41,785 nt of DNA. It comes from a virus (lineage: Duplodnaviria; Caudoviricetes). Positions within the stretch are counted from its first letter, which is position 1. The number at the start of each line of letters is the position of its first letter. Location: positions 1 through 41,785 of IMG/VR virus record IMGVR_UViG_3300022670_000398. One strand, written 5' to 3'. This document shows positions 16,015-26,017 of the stretch, piece after piece. The notes beneath the pieces were generated by a model. That model saw only the letters and a list, made by a program, of their open reading frames with translations, was not told the origin of the DNA and ran no database searches. The position numbers and the translations under genes were made by a program.

Positions 16015-17410
16015 ACCAACCGAGAAAGCCAGTCTCAATCCCGCACTGAGAGAATTTTGGCAAACAAAAGCAGATACCAAGATTCTTAAGGGTGGTCGGA
16101 TATCATCTAAGACCTGGGATTGTGCCGGGTTCGCTATATTCTTAGCCTGTAACTACACCGTTAAATTTCTCTGCATGAGGCAATTCCAAAATAAGATCAA
16201 GGAATCTGTCTATGCAGTATTAAAGGTCCAAATAGAACGGTTTGGATTAGAAGACCAATTCGAGATATTGGCCACTGAGATAAGGCACAGGGTCACCGGT
16301 TCGTCATTCCACTTTTACGGAATTCATCGAGACATCGCGGAAATAAAAGGCTTTGAGGGCGCTAATATCGGATGGATAGAGGAAGGTGAAGGGCTAACCA
16401 AGGAACAATGGGCCATTATTGAGCCCACTATAATTAGGAATGAAGGGGCGGAATGCTGGATATTATACAATCCTCGCCTAGTATCTGACTTTGTTGAAAC
16501 ATTCCACCATGATCCTGAAAACGGTACAATTGTCCGGCATATTAACTATGACGAAAACCCCTTCATATCAGAAACCGCACTAAGAAAAATCAATCTCCTC
16601 AAAGAGCAGGACCATGAAGAATATGAGCACTATTATTTAGGTGTGGCTCGAAAAGACGATGATAACGTGATTATTAAGCGTTCCTACATTGAGGCGGCAA
16701 TTGATGCTCACATTAAGTTAGGAATAGAGCCAAGCGGTGCCAGAAGGTCTGGTTTCGACATAGCGGATGGCGGAAAGGATTTATGCTCTCACATTTATGC
16801 CCATGGCATTGTGGCATTGTGGGGTGAGCACTGGAAGGCCAAAGAGGACGAATTACTCGAGTCGTGTAAGCGTGTATATTCAAAGGCTTTATCGTTTAGA
16901 TCCCATATCGATTATGATTCTATTGGTGTTGGTGCCGGTTCCGGGGCTAAGTTCAAAGAGCTCAACGATGAGCGAAAAGGTATCTCAGGATATTATGAGA
17001 TTAAATACTCAAAGTTTATAGCGGGTGCCGGCGTTGCTAATCCTGATGAATATTACGTTGATACAGATGAAGAAAAAATAACCAACAAGGACTTTTTCGA
17101 AAATTTAAAGGCTCAATCATGGTGGATAATCGCGGATAGATTCAGAAATACCTATAACGCCGTCACCAAAGGGCATAAATTCGAAGAACATGAATTAATC
17201 AGTATAAGCTCTGACATGCCAAACCTGGCCAATCTAGTCACAGAATTATCAACTCCAAGGCGGAAATTTAGCAAGACAAGCAAAGTAATGGTCGAATCTA
17301 AAGAGGAATTACTTAAAAGAGAAGTTCCCAGCCCTAACGATGCAGACGCGTTTATTATGGCTTATTGCCCAAGGATGAAAGACCAAACGCGCAAAGCGGG
17401 TGGATTTTAA
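15995..17410 (+). CDS. terL: Terminase large subunit, PBSX family
   Basis: Walker A variant KGGRISSKT, Walker [19 protein letters not shown], nuclease GFDIAD and SPNDADA; start uncertain (15965 or 15995). Confidence 0.95.
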   Translation: MISTQSKPTEKASLNPALREFWQTKADTKILKGGRISSKTWDCAGFAIFLACNYTVKFLCMRQFQNKIKESVYAVLKVQIERFGLEDQFEILATEIRHRVTGSSFHFYGIHRDIAEIKGFEGANIGWIEEGEGLTKEQWAIIEPTIIRNEGAECWILYNPRLVSDFVETFHHDPENGTIVRHINYDENPFISETALRKINLLKEQDHEEYEHYYLGVARKDDDNVIIKRSYIEAAIDAHIKLGIEPSGARRSGFDIADGGKDLCSHIYAHGIVALWGEHWKAKEDELLESCKRVYSKALSFRSHIDYDSIGVGAGSGAKFKELNDERKGISGYYEIKYSKFIAGAGVANPDEYYVDTDEEKITNKDFFENLKAQSWWIIADRFRNTYNAVTKGHKFEEHELISISSDMPNLANLVTELSTPRRKFSKTSKVMVESKEELLKREVPSPNDADAFIMAYCPRMKDQTRKAGGF

Positions 17411-17435
17411 CATAGGCTAAGGCTATAATACGCCA

Positions 17436-17606
17436 ATGCCTATAGTCGATTGCACATCAAACGGTAACCCGGGAAAGAAATTCGGCGAAAGCGGTTTCTG
17501 CTTTACTGGTTCTGGTGCTCAAGAAAAGGCGGCTGCTCAGGGCCGCGCCATCAAAGCCGAGCAAGGCAATTCGGGCCATAAAGACGAAGAAAAGGACAAG
17601 CGATGA
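17436..17606 (+). CDS. Small phage protein between terL and portal, not in ORF track
   Basis: 56 aa MPIVDCTSNGNPGKKFGESGFCFTGSGAQEKAAAQGRAIKAEQ...; ATGA-coupled to the portal; TATAAT at 17424-17429. Confidence 0.75.
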   Translation: MPIVDCTSNGNPGKKFGESGFCFTGSGAQEKAAAQGRAIKAEQGNSGHKDEEKDKR

Positions 17607-18982
17607 ATCCTAATGTGGTCGAAATCACAAAGAACGATACCAAGGTATCTAAATGGATTAATTCTCTGCAGCACACACTCAGACGGCTAGGCACATCCCT
17701 TAATTTCGGCATATCACCAGACGGTAAGCGTAACTACAACACAATTTTCGGCTATGGTGAGCAGTTATCCTATTCTGATTACTTTGGTATGTATTTACGG
17801 TCAGCTGTTGGCAGGGTGGTTGTCACTAAAATCGCTAAGGCTTGCTGGAACGAAATACCCAAAATCACATCTAACAAAAAAAGAATCTTAGAAGAAGAAT
17901 TAGACACCCTCAATAAAATAGGTTTTTTTCGTGCATTAGAAAGAGCGGATATACTCAACCGAATAGGTAAATTCAGCGTTTTATTGATTGGCTTGCCTGA
18001 CGGAAATAAATTAAATGAGCCTTTAGGCGCAGTCAATAACATGGATGGGCTGTATTTTAATCCTTATAACTTTGACGGTATTGAGATATTAACATGGGAT
18101 CTTGATCCAATTTCCAAGCGATTCGGCAAGCCTATTACCTACCAACTCCAAACAACCAGCTTTGGCGAAAAAGAAAAAGATATTCAAACCACCTCAGTCA
18201 TTGCGCATTTCTCCAGGGTCATTCATTTAGCAGAGGGCGCATTAGATAGCAGTATTGAAGGCTCGAGCTCATTGGAGCCGGTCTGGAATAATTTAATCAA
18301 CACTCTAAAGATTGTTGGCGGTGCCGGAGAAGCATTTTTTAGAAATGCCAGGCAACAATTAGCATTAGAGGCTGACAAAGATTCAAAATTAGAGCAAGGC
18401 AGTGAAGAACTCACGAAACTTAAGCAAAATATTGATGATTTCGGTAATGCGTGGGATACAACTTTAAGACTCCAAAACATGAAAGCCAATCATTTACAAA
18501 TACAAATGATTAGCCCTCGAGACTCATTCGATGTCAATATGGAAGAAATGAGCGGCGAAACGGGTATCCCTATTCGAATATTTACAGGCAAAGGCGGCGG
18601 TCAAACGACTGGATCAGAAGATAGAGCAAGTTGGAATGGCGTGATAGGCGATAGACGAACCACTGAATGCGATAATTATTTATTCCAGGGTTTAGAGATA
18701 TTTCAAGAGGCTGGATTATTAGAACTGCCTGATAATGCCGTGATTGAATGGCCTCCACAGGCAGCACTCAACGAAAAAGAACAATCTGAAGTGAATAAAA
18801 ACAAAGCCGAAACATTTAATAAGATTGTCGAAGCACTAGCTAAACCTGTTGGTGATGAGGCTGATGTTAAAAAAGTCTTAGAGGCTGTAGGTTTAGAAGA
18901 TATTGAGATAGATGAGTCGACTATTGACGATAAAGACATTGACGAAATTGAACCAGAGGAACCAGAAGATGGCAACGAATAG
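17603..18982 (+). CDS. Portal protein (DUF1073-like)
   Basis: Position after terL; DPISKRFGKPITY, HFSRVIH and GIPIRIFTG...GSED motifs; acidic tail. Confidence 0.88.
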   Translation: MNPNVVEITKNDTKVSKWINSLQHTLRRLGTSLNFGISPDGKRNYNTIFGYGEQLSYSDYFGMYLRSAVGRVVVTKIAKACWNEIPKITSNKKRILEEELDTLNKIGFFRALERADILNRIGKFSVLLIGLPDGNKLNEPLGAVNNMDGLYFNPYNFDGIEILTWDLDPISKRFGKPITYQLQTTSFGEKEKDIQTTSVIAHFSRVIHLAEGALDSSIEGSSSLEPVWNNLINTLKIVGGAGEAFFRNARQQLALEADKDSKLEQGSEELTKLKQNIDDFGNAWDTTLRLQNMKANHLQIQMISPRDSFDVNMEEMSGETGIPIRIFTGKGGGQTTGSEDRASWNGVIGDRRTTECDNYLFQGLEIFQEAGLLELPDNAVIEWPPQAALNEKEQSEVNKNKAETFNKIVEALAKPVGDEADVKKVLEAVGLEDIEIDESTIDDKDIDEIEPEEPEDGNE

Positions 18983-19355
18983 AATTGAAAAAGAGGCTCT
19001 AGTAGCTGCAACCATTACATTTGATCAGGCAGATAGCGCGGTTGAGAGGCCTAATCCGAGTTTTCCGAATGTCACTGTTGATGTTATTGGATTGACTGCA
19101 TTAGGTGGTAGTCCGGTCGTTCCTGGTGCTGGTACATTTGCGGTATTCTATAAAACAGATGTTGACGGAGGATTTAAAGATGCAACAACTAATCCAACAT
19201 TAACAGCGGCTCAATCAGGCGGGTCAGCTGGCGCGGATGGTGCAGCTGATAGTTCTAAATTTACCGATTTACCGCTTGAAATTAAAGTTGTTCCTGCAGG
19301 TATAACGACTGCAGTCGCTTATCGCGTATTGGTTAAGCAGACAAGCGATCAATAA
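18969..19355 (+). CDS. Putative virion decoration/spike-base protein
   Basis: 128-aa A/G/T/V-rich beta protein; paralogous to the N-terminus of the next gene; start reassigned to ATG 18969. Confidence 0.6.
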   Translation: MATNRIEKEALVAATITFDQADSAVERPNPSFPNVTVDVIGLTALGGSPVVPGAGTFAVFYKTDVDGGFKDATTNPTLTAAQSGGSAGADGAADSSKFTDLPLEIKVVPAGITTAVAYRVLVKQTSDQ

Positions 19356-20522
19356 ATGTCCGTTAAGCGTGTCAAGAAAGAGGCTTTAATAACTCAAACT
19401 ATCTTTTTTAAAGCTGAATCAGAAAACGAGTTTGAATCAATCAGTCCTAGTTTTGGCTATAATCTAATCGATATTATCGCCTTAGATATTGCTGGGGATC
19501 CTGTTACGCCTACGAGTGGCAGTTTTGATATTTTCGTACGCACTGATATCGATGGTGGTTTTAAACGCATTACCGAGCGTTCGAATTATCCTGTCTCATT
19601 GACGGGTGGTTCTGGATTGGCTGACGGGGTGGCACTTGAGGCTAAATTTGTCGGTTTCCCTCTTGAATTTAAAATCGTGCCTAATAATGTTGACGTTGCT
19701 GTTTCTTATCGTGTGAATATTAAACAATCCAGCGTCCAATTGGGGTTAGCGACACCAGTAGAAACATCGGGTCGAGGTACTCTCGGTGTTCCTGTGTTCA
19801 TTCAAGACCAAACCACACAAAGTTTGGATTTATTATTTAGCCAAGACCTCGATACTGCAACACTTGATGGAGCAACCACGGTTAGTTCAAGGTTTTTTGA
19901 TGTTGCAGCTGGTGACGGCACAAAATTCGCTGTTGGCAATCTGATAGAAATAGCTAGAAATTCAACATTTATGCAGGCCCACGTATTAGGGATTGTTTCT
20001 GACACCATCGAAATAGAAAGTCCGATAAATAGCGTATATCCAGACGGAAATACAGTGTTTATTAAGGACGATAATCTCAAAGTTGATGGATCGGTGACAC
20101 CACAAGTTTTCAGCATATCACCAGAGCCCTTACAGGTTGGAGATATCAATCGAATCATTATCAGTTTGGAAGGCACATTGGCAATGGATAGCGGAACGTT
20201 TGGCCCGTTGGTCGCATTAACTAATGGTGTTGTTTTGAGAATAAAGAAAGCAGATGGCGATTTTATCAATTTGGTTAATTTTAAAACTAATGGTGATATT
20301 GTTTCAAAATCGTTTGCTCATTCATTTCTGCCTAATAATGGGCAAAACGTTCGGTTATTTGTTGCTCAGCTTACTTGGGCTGGATCACAAAATCATGGTG
20401 TAACACAGCGATTAGACGGCAATTTTTTTGAAGAATTACAAATTGTCATTCAGGATGATTTAACTAATGCTGCCTTTGTTACCTTTGTTCTAACCGCGCA
20501 AGGACACGAGACACAAAACTAA
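19356..20522 (+). CDS. Putative virion spike protein (paralogous base domain plus extra beta domains)
   Basis: N-terminal ~125 aa aligns with the upstream protein (KEAL, PSF, TD.DGGFK, GGS..ADG, KF...PLE.K.VP, AV.YRV..KQ). Confidence 0.6.
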   Translation: MSVKRVKKEALITQTIFFKAESENEFESISPSFGYNLIDIIALDIAGDPVTPTSGSFDIFVRTDIDGGFKRITERSNYPVSLTGGSGLADGVALEAKFVGFPLEFKIVPNNVDVAVSYRVNIKQSSVQLGLATPVETSGRGTLGVPVFIQDQTTQSLDLLFSQDLDTATLDGATTVSSRFFDVAAGDGTKFAVGNLIEIARNSTFMQAHVLGIVSDTIEIESPINSVYPDGNTVFIKDDNLKVDGSVTPQVFSISPEPLQVGDINRIIISLEGTLAMDSGTFGPLVALTNGVVLRIKKADGDFINLVNFKTNGDIVSKSFAHSFLPNNGQNVRLFVAQLTWAGSQNHGVTQRLDGNFFEELQIVIQDDLTNAAFVTFVLTAQGHETQN

Positions 20523-20806
20523 TGGCATTACAAGACGCAGGCACAGCCAGAGCAGCAGCAGACGCAGCAAACCCTATGGATTATGATTCAATCACCATGG
20601 GCGAATTGAATGTTTTAATTACTGCGTCAAACGGCGAAGTGATTTTGAACCCATCCACACAAGGCAAAAACGGGACGCGCAAAATCATACAAACAGGCGG
20701 TACTCAAATTGATTTACTTGATTTTGTCAAAGCGGTTAGAGCAAAAAACTACGATGTTAGTTACGTATATGATTACGATAAAGTCATTATATTTGTGAGG
20801 TTTTAA
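20522..20806 (+). CDS. Hypothetical protein in the head module
   Basis: 94 aa, TAATG-coupled. Confidence 0.7.
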   Translation: MALQDAGTARAAADAANPMDYDSITMGELNVLITASNGEVILNPSTQGKNGTRKIIQTGGTQIDLLDFVKAVRAKNYDVSYVYDYDKVIIFVRF

Positions 20807-20808
20807 CC

Positions 20809-21690
20809 ATGGCTATTAGTGACAATCCAACAAAGACCAGAGGCATTGAAAAAGCGTGGAATCGTGACATTAACAAGCGATTTTCAGAGTTTAGAAAGTC
20901 GATTATCGATGAATTGCGAGCTTTAAATCAACTAACCGTTAACCAATTTGATGTTAATCCTGACCAATTACGCGCGTATATGCTGTTTTTCCAGACAGAG
21001 TTAGATAATTTAATCGTTGGCGATTGGCAAGAAATATACCAACAACGGTCCTATCAATTAGCGATCGACCGCTCAGTCCAAGAGCTTAGAAGACAAGGCG
21101 TATCGGTTGCTGCCCAAGCGGGTGCAGGGTTAGAGGCTATTGAATTAGCTGCATTATCACAAGCCTTTACTCAGGTTTCAGCCTCGATATTTAACCCGGT
21201 TCACCGAGAAGCTTTAAGCTTTCTATTTACTCGCTCATTCGAGGCGTTATCCGGACTTTCTCAAGAAATGGCTAGAACTGTCAGAATCATCTTATTTAAT
21301 GGTGCCCAGCAAGGTATAGGCATTACTGAACTAGCGAAACAAATCAATGATCGTATTGATGTCGGTCGGTCAAGAGCAAGAACTATTGCGCGAACAGAAA
21401 CCGTTCAAGCTTTCCAACGTGGCAGTATTAACCAGGCCAATATAGCCAGTGAAGTTTTAGACGAGGATGTTATGTTGAGGTGGTTAACTGTTCGAGACAA
21501 CAAGGTCAGACACCTTCATGCTGGATGGCATGGCCAGGTTTTTAGCCGAAAAAACGCCTTTAGGAATATTAATATCAGCCCTTGGAATTGCCGTTGTGGG
21601 TTGGCCCCAGTGATCGAGGAAGCCGACACAGAAGCCAAGCGAAAGAAGTTCTCTAAGGAACGTAAACAGTTAAGAGATTTGACGAATTGA
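20809..21690 (+). CDS. Head morphogenesis protein, SPP1 gp7/Mu gpF family
   Basis: RARTIARTETV, WLTVRDNKVRHLH and PWNCRC motifs. Confidence 0.92.
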   Translation: MAISDNPTKTRGIEKAWNRDINKRFSEFRKSIIDELRALNQLTVNQFDVNPDQLRAYMLFFQTELDNLIVGDWQEIYQQRSYQLAIDRSVQELRRQGVSVAAQAGAGLEAIELAALSQAFTQVSASIFNPVHREALSFLFTRSFEALSGLSQEMARTVRIILFNGAQQGIGITELAKQINDRIDVGRSRARTIARTETVQAFQRGSINQANIASEVLDEDVMLRWLTVRDNKVRHLHAGWHGQVFSRKNAFRNINISPWNCRCGLAPVIEEADTEAKRKKFSKERKQLRDLTN

Positions 21691-21707
21691 TAGGGTTAAA
21701 ATATAAT
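21679..21707 (+). promoter_or_regulatory. Near-consensus sigma70 promoter for the protease/capsid genes
   Basis: TTGACG-17 nt-TATAAT, followed by the TTAAAT-GCT-ATTTAA palindrome (21724-21738). Confidence 0.75.
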
Positions 21708-21768
21708 TACGCACAGACAATAGTTAAATGCTATTTAATTGTGTTAAACTATCGCAAAGTGAGAGCCT

Positions 21769-23100
21769 ATGTATATATCAATCAATAGTCGTACGAGCGG
21801 AAAGTTTAGAAGAGAAATGATTAATAATCGTTCTCATCTAATTACTTCAATGATGCCTATTCGCGGCGATATCTCAATGAATGGGATTTTATACCCCAAT
21901 AAAGAGGTTAAAGCCTCGTTTCAACAACTTCACGATTTACCAGCGCCTAACGGCCATCCTATTATTAATGGCGTGCATGTCAGTGCATTTAAACCAGCTA
22001 GCATGAATGCATTTAATGTCGGCGGCTTTGTTCGTAACCCAAAGATGAAAGGAAAAAAGGTTTTCGTTGATTTCTTAATTGATGAAGATGTTGCCAACAA
22101 GTCAGATGATGGCAAAGAAATCATCAGGCGTATAGAAAACAGTGAGCAAATAGGTGTCTCTACCGGCCTTAATATCAATCAACTTGCGCCAAAAAATGGC
22201 AAAGATGATTTAGGCGAACCATTTAGTAAGGTTGGATCAGGGTTTAATTTTGACCATGTGGCTATTCTTTTGAATGAAAAACCAGCCGGCGCGCACGCTG
22301 GCACTGAATTAGTGCTCAATACAGCCAATAAAGACGATCCTATTCACGTGGTCAACCTGGTAATGAATGATCCAGAACAACTTAATATGAATTTAAATTC
22401 TGATCATGCATTAAGCGCTTCGGATATTCACGAACAACTCAATCGATTAATCGCCACTGACAACGAAGAAATACACAAGCATGTTATTGACTTCTTCCCG
22501 GAAGATAAAACATTCTTGTTTGTTATGTCTAGTAGCAATAATAGAAAAACATTTCAACAATCATTTGCTATCGGCAATGATCTAATCGCTTTAGTCGGAG
22601 AGCCGGTTGAAGTTGTCCTGACTCAAAAAGTTACACCTGTAATGCAAACCAACGAGGAAAACGACATGAACAAAGAACTAATGATTCTTGCGATTATCGC
22701 CAATACTCATAACGCCTTCACTGGTGATGATAAAGCACGCCTTGAGGCGATGTCTGAATCTCAACTGGTTAATGTGTTATGTGTTGAAGTCGATGAAACT
22801 CAAGCGAAAAAAGTTTTAGCTGCTAATGACTTTGATTTTGATGGCTATGATAATTTCACTGCCAACAAAGATGGTTTTAAAACCTATCAAGAAGCCGAAG
22901 ATAATCGAATCAAGGAAGTTAAGGATTCGATTATTAAAGCAAATTCAGACTACACCACCGAACTATTGGACGGTAAGTCAGAAACGGAATTGCTTGTTAT
23001 CAATAAAATGATTACAGGCGGTAAAGAAACCCAGCGAGTGGCAGAAGGTCAAGCGCCTGGTATTAACAATTCAGCGCAAGCTGATGACTACAGAATGTAA
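21769..23100 (+). CDS. Prohead protease/scaffold (DUF2213-like)
   Basis: PAPNGHP, GVSTGL and FDHVAILLNEKPAG motifs; helical scaffold-like C-terminus. Confidence 0.85.
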   Translation: MYISINSRTSGKFRREMINNRSHLITSMMPIRGDISMNGILYPNKEVKASFQQLHDLPAPNGHPIINGVHVSAFKPASMNAFNVGGFVRNPKMKGKKVFVDFLIDEDVANKSDDGKEIIRRIENSEQIGVSTGLNINQLAPKNGKDDLGEPFSKVGSGFNFDHVAILLNEKPAGAHAGTELVLNTANKDDPIHVVNLVMNDPEQLNMNLNSDHALSASDIHEQLNRLIATDNEEIHKHVIDFFPEDKTFLFVMSSSNNRKTFQQSFAIGNDLIALVGEPVEVVLTQKVTPVMQTNEENDMNKELMILAIIANTHNAFTGDDKARLEAMSESQLVNVLCVEVDETQAKKVLAANDFDFDGYDNFTANKDGFKTYQEAEDNRIKEVKDSIIKANSDYTTELLDGKSETELLVINKMITGGKETQRVAEGQAPGINNSAQADDYRM

Positions 23101-23111
23101 AGGGGGCTATC

Positions 23112-23582
23112 ATGGCTGATCCAGCACAAGTTATACAAGCGCTAGGCGGTATTAGTGGCCAACCCGTCATTAACGAATCACTAGCAGCAGCAGCGACCAC
23201 TATTAAACCTGGTCATTTAGTCGAAGAAATTCTAGCCACAGTGCAAGAACATTCTACGGCTGCAGCTAATGCTCAGAAGTTAGTTGCTTTAACCAATACT
23301 TCGAACGGCGGCACCATTGACGATGTTTATACGGTTGCTGAAACTGTCCGATATGGCGCATTCAACACCGGGCAACGCGGTTTCTTAAGGCTAGCAGCCT
23401 CGGCAGCGGCTATCGTTGTCGGTAACGTGTTAGAAAGCGCAGGCGATGGGACTGTAAGAATTGCCACAGCAGACGCGGCAACTGATACGGCCCAACGTGA
23501 TGCTATCGTAGCTTACGCAGTTGAAGCGGTTGACAACAGCGGCGGCGGTACTGAAGTTTTCATTGAAGTTCGATTCGCATAG
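23112..23582 (+). CDS. Capsid decoration/cement protein
   Basis: Ala-rich, IKPGHLV and GNVLESAGDGTVR beta-tulip-like pattern; between protease and capsid genes. Confidence 0.8.
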   Translation: MADPAQVIQALGGISGQPVINESLAAAATTIKPGHLVEEILATVQEHSTAAANAQKLVALTNTSNGGTIDDVYTVAETVRYGAFNTGQRGFLRLAASAAAIVVGNVLESAGDGTVRIATADAATDTAQRDAIVAYAVEAVDNSGGGTEVFIEVRFA

Positions 23583-23591
23583 GAGAATGAC

Positions 23592-24680
23592 ATGGGTAAA
23601 TTAATAACATCTTTCGGCGAATCAAGAGAAGAACACGCCGCAATGATTGCGATGCATGGTCTAAACTGGAGTGGCTATGAGTTATTTCATAATGATCTGT
23701 TTGCAAAGCACAATCTTCATAAATATCACGTTATCGATGCTGAAGGTAAGTTAATTACCAATGGCGATGATAAACTAGCTTTAATCACTAATGCCAATGG
23801 CACGGTCCGTCACGAAGATTTCTTAGTGATCCGTGATATGGTCATTGAGGTTCGTCGACGCGCTTTACACGCAATTTCAGACCTTCGAGAAGCGGGATTA
23901 TCATTTACCGTGGCGATTGGTGAACAGTTGGTGGGATTTGAATCTGTCAACGAGTTCCAAGCCGCTAGGCAGGATATGAACCCGGCCAGCTTCGATAACA
24001 ACGACACGACCTTTACAGAAACGTTTGTGCCTAATCCTATCACTCACAGTACGTTCCAAGTGCCGTGGAGACAGGAAGGGTTTAACTACAAACGGTCATT
24101 AGGTTTGGCTGAAAGTCTACGCCAGGTGTCTGAGCGATTGGAAGAAACAACCACGAATGGTAATGCTAATGTGGTGGTTAATTTCAACGGCACTAATCAT
24201 GGAATTTTTGGTTATACCAATGATCCTAATCGTGGCACTGGAACCATTTCTGATTGGACGGTTGAAGCAAACCGAGACAAGATCATTAATGAGCTCATTG
24301 AGCAAATTAGCGACATGTGGGACACTCAGGGCGGCGTCGATAATGATTCTGTCATGGTTTATGTGGCTAATGATATCTGGAATATTCTCCAAAAAGATTA
24401 TATTACCGGCCAGGTCAGCGAGTCAATTGCGGCCCGTATGATGAAAGTTGCCCAGGTGAAAGATGTTAAACCACTTGAAAAACTTGCTTCTACTCAGGTA
24501 GTTTTAGTTGAAATGGAACGCAGAACGGTTGAATTAGCAGTGGCTAGTGACATCATTGTAACTCCACACACTAAAACTAATGTGATGATGCCTCAAGTTA
24601 TGACTACTTACGCCGCGATGGTCCACAAGATCAAGGCGGATAGTAAGGGTAATACCGGCATTAGACATCTAACTGTTTAA
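23592..24680 (+). CDS. Major capsid protein (HK97 fold, encapsulin-like)
   Basis: 362 aa; VPNPITHSTFQVPWRQ and GIFGYTNDPNR; strong AGGAG RBS; terminator follows. Confidence 0.88.
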   Translation: MGKLITSFGESREEHAAMIAMHGLNWSGYELFHNDLFAKHNLHKYHVIDAEGKLITNGDDKLALITNANGTVRHEDFLVIRDMVIEVRRRALHAISDLREAGLSFTVAIGEQLVGFESVNEFQAARQDMNPASFDNNDTTFTETFVPNPITHSTFQVPWRQEGFNYKRSLGLAESLRQVSERLEETTTNGNANVVVNFNGTNHGIFGYTNDPNRGTGTISDWTVEANRDKIINELIEQISDMWDTQGGVDNDSVMVYVANDIWNILQKDYITGQVSESIAARMMKVAQVKDVKPLEKLASTQVVLVEMERRTVELAVASDIIVTPHTKTNVMMPQVMTTYAAMVHKIKADSKGNTGIRHLTV

Positions 24681-24686
24681 TCTAAC

Positions 24687-24708
24687 GGGAGGGTAAAACC
24701 TCCCCTTT
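24687..24708 (+). terminator. Rho-independent terminator after the capsid gene
   Basis: GGGAGG-gtaaaa-CCTCCC followed by a short CTTT tract. Confidence 0.6.
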
Positions 24709-24718
24709 GGAGAATAAA

Positions 24719-24982
24719 ATGTCAGATACAAAAATGTATGTAGTCACCATGAAAGGCTGTTGCTTAAAAGGCATTAAGCATGAAAAAGTTGGTGCAAAGG
24801 TCAGACTCACGGATGCTAAAGCCAAGGCAATGTCTGGTAAGGTTCAGCTATTGAAGGATTATGAGCAAACGAGCCCTTCAGAGCAGGAATTGATTAAGGC
24901 AAATGCCAAACTTACTAAACAGGTTGCAGAATTAACTGCTCAGCTAGACGAGGCCACTGAGCCACCTAAAAAGGACAAGTAA
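24719..24982 (+). CDS. Hypothetical head-associated protein
   Basis: GGAG RBS before ATG 24719; C-terminal coiled coil. Confidence 0.7.
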   Translation: MSDTKMYVVTMKGCCLKGIKHEKVGAKVRLTDAKAKAMSGKVQLLKDYEQTSPSEQELIKANAKLTKQVAELTAQLDEATEPPKKDK

Positions 24983-25338
24983 TGGCTAATCGTGTTACGG
25001 ATGAAGAAGTTAAGGCGATTAAAGCGGTTAAGATAGATACAACACCATTTATCACCGCCGCGAATTTAATTGTCAACGATATTAATTCAAAATGTAATAA
25101 GTCTTTTGATGAAACTCGATTGACTCAAATTGAATTATATCTATCCGCTCATTTTGCCGGTAATTTTACACCAACACTGGTGAGTGAGAAGTTTGAGAAC
25201 GCGACTAATACTTATCATGTCGGCTCTACTTCGTTATCTGGTGTAATGTCGGATAAATACGGACAGATGGCTAATATGTTGTCAGATAGCTGTCTGCATG
25301 AATTCGATAAGGCGCCAGCGGTGGTTAATTTCTTGTGA
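24982..25338 (+). CDS. Head-tail adaptor
   Basis: RVTDEEVKAI, IELYLSAHF and YGQMA motifs; synteny. Confidence 0.8.
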   Translation: MANRVTDEEVKAIKAVKIDTTPFITAANLIVNDINSKCNKSFDETRLTQIELYLSAHFAGNFTPTLVSEKFENATNTYHVGSTSLSGVMSDKYGQMANMLSDSCLHEFDKAPAVVNFL

Positions 25339-25655
25339 GTAATTTTGCTCTTGATCAAGAAGTGACTTTCTGGATACCGCTAACCAACAATGGAACAGGC
25401 GGTAAAACTTGGGAGTTAGGCGTTAAAACAGATGCTAGGATAGCCCCAACAAGTGATATTGTGTTTACTGCAGAAGGCAAAGAGATTACGGCTAATAAAG
25501 CGGTTTATACGCGAGTTGACTTGCCTGAAGGTGCTTATGTGATTGAAGGTGATTTTTCTGGTAGTTCCACACCAGAAGAGCCGGGATCGCAGCAAGTGAT
25601 TAAAGCGTCCAGCAATTCAACGATGAGTGATATGTTTAGAGCGTTGTTACAATGA
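25335..25655 (+). CDS. Head closure/stopper protein
   Basis: Synteny; Q.VTFW...G...G beta pattern. Confidence 0.65.
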   Translation: MSNFALDQEVTFWIPLTNNGTGGKTWELGVKTDARIAPTSDIVFTAEGKEITANKAVYTRVDLPEGAYVIEGDFSGSSTPEEPGSQQVIKASSNSTMSDMFRALLQ

Positions 25656-26017
25656 CTATTAAGATAACCGGGAAAAGGGGCGTACTAAAAAACCTAAATC
25701 GAGCAATTATCCAGATTGAAGGAAATACAGCCAAAGGAATGTTAGCTGCAGGTTTATTTGTCGAGGGCGAATCGAATGAAATTGTTCCTCAAAGACTAGG
25801 CGGTTTAATTAATTCGTCTTTTACTTCAGTTGGAAAGATAGGAAAACGGATTGTTGCAAGAGTTGGATATACCGTTAAGTACGCCGGTTTTGTTCACGAA
25901 ATGCCAGAAACCAACAATTTTACTAAACCAGGCACCGGCCCAAAGTTTTTATTTAAGGCTGTGACCAGAAATTCAGCGCAGATATTGCAGATTATTAGAG
26001 CAAGGGCAAAATTTTGA
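25652..26017 (+). CDS. HK97 gp10-like neck/tail-completion protein
   Basis: VPQRLGGLINS, VGYTVKYAGFVHE and PKFL motifs. Confidence 0.82.
   Translation: MTIKITGKRGVLKNLNRAIIQIEGNTAKGMLAAGLFVEGESNEIVPQRLGGLINSSFTSVGKIGKRIVARVGYTVKYAGFVHEMPETNNFTKPGTGPKFLFKAVTRNSAQILQIIRARAKF

Noticed and set aside
17603-18982. Anti-CBASS Acb1 label sometimes attached to DUF1073 proteins
   Set aside because: Size, motifs and position after terL indicate a portal; no 2H phosphoesterase domain is apparent.
23592-24680. Encapsulin/bacteriocin nanocompartment
   Set aside because: It sits in a complete head module, so it is the major capsid protein.
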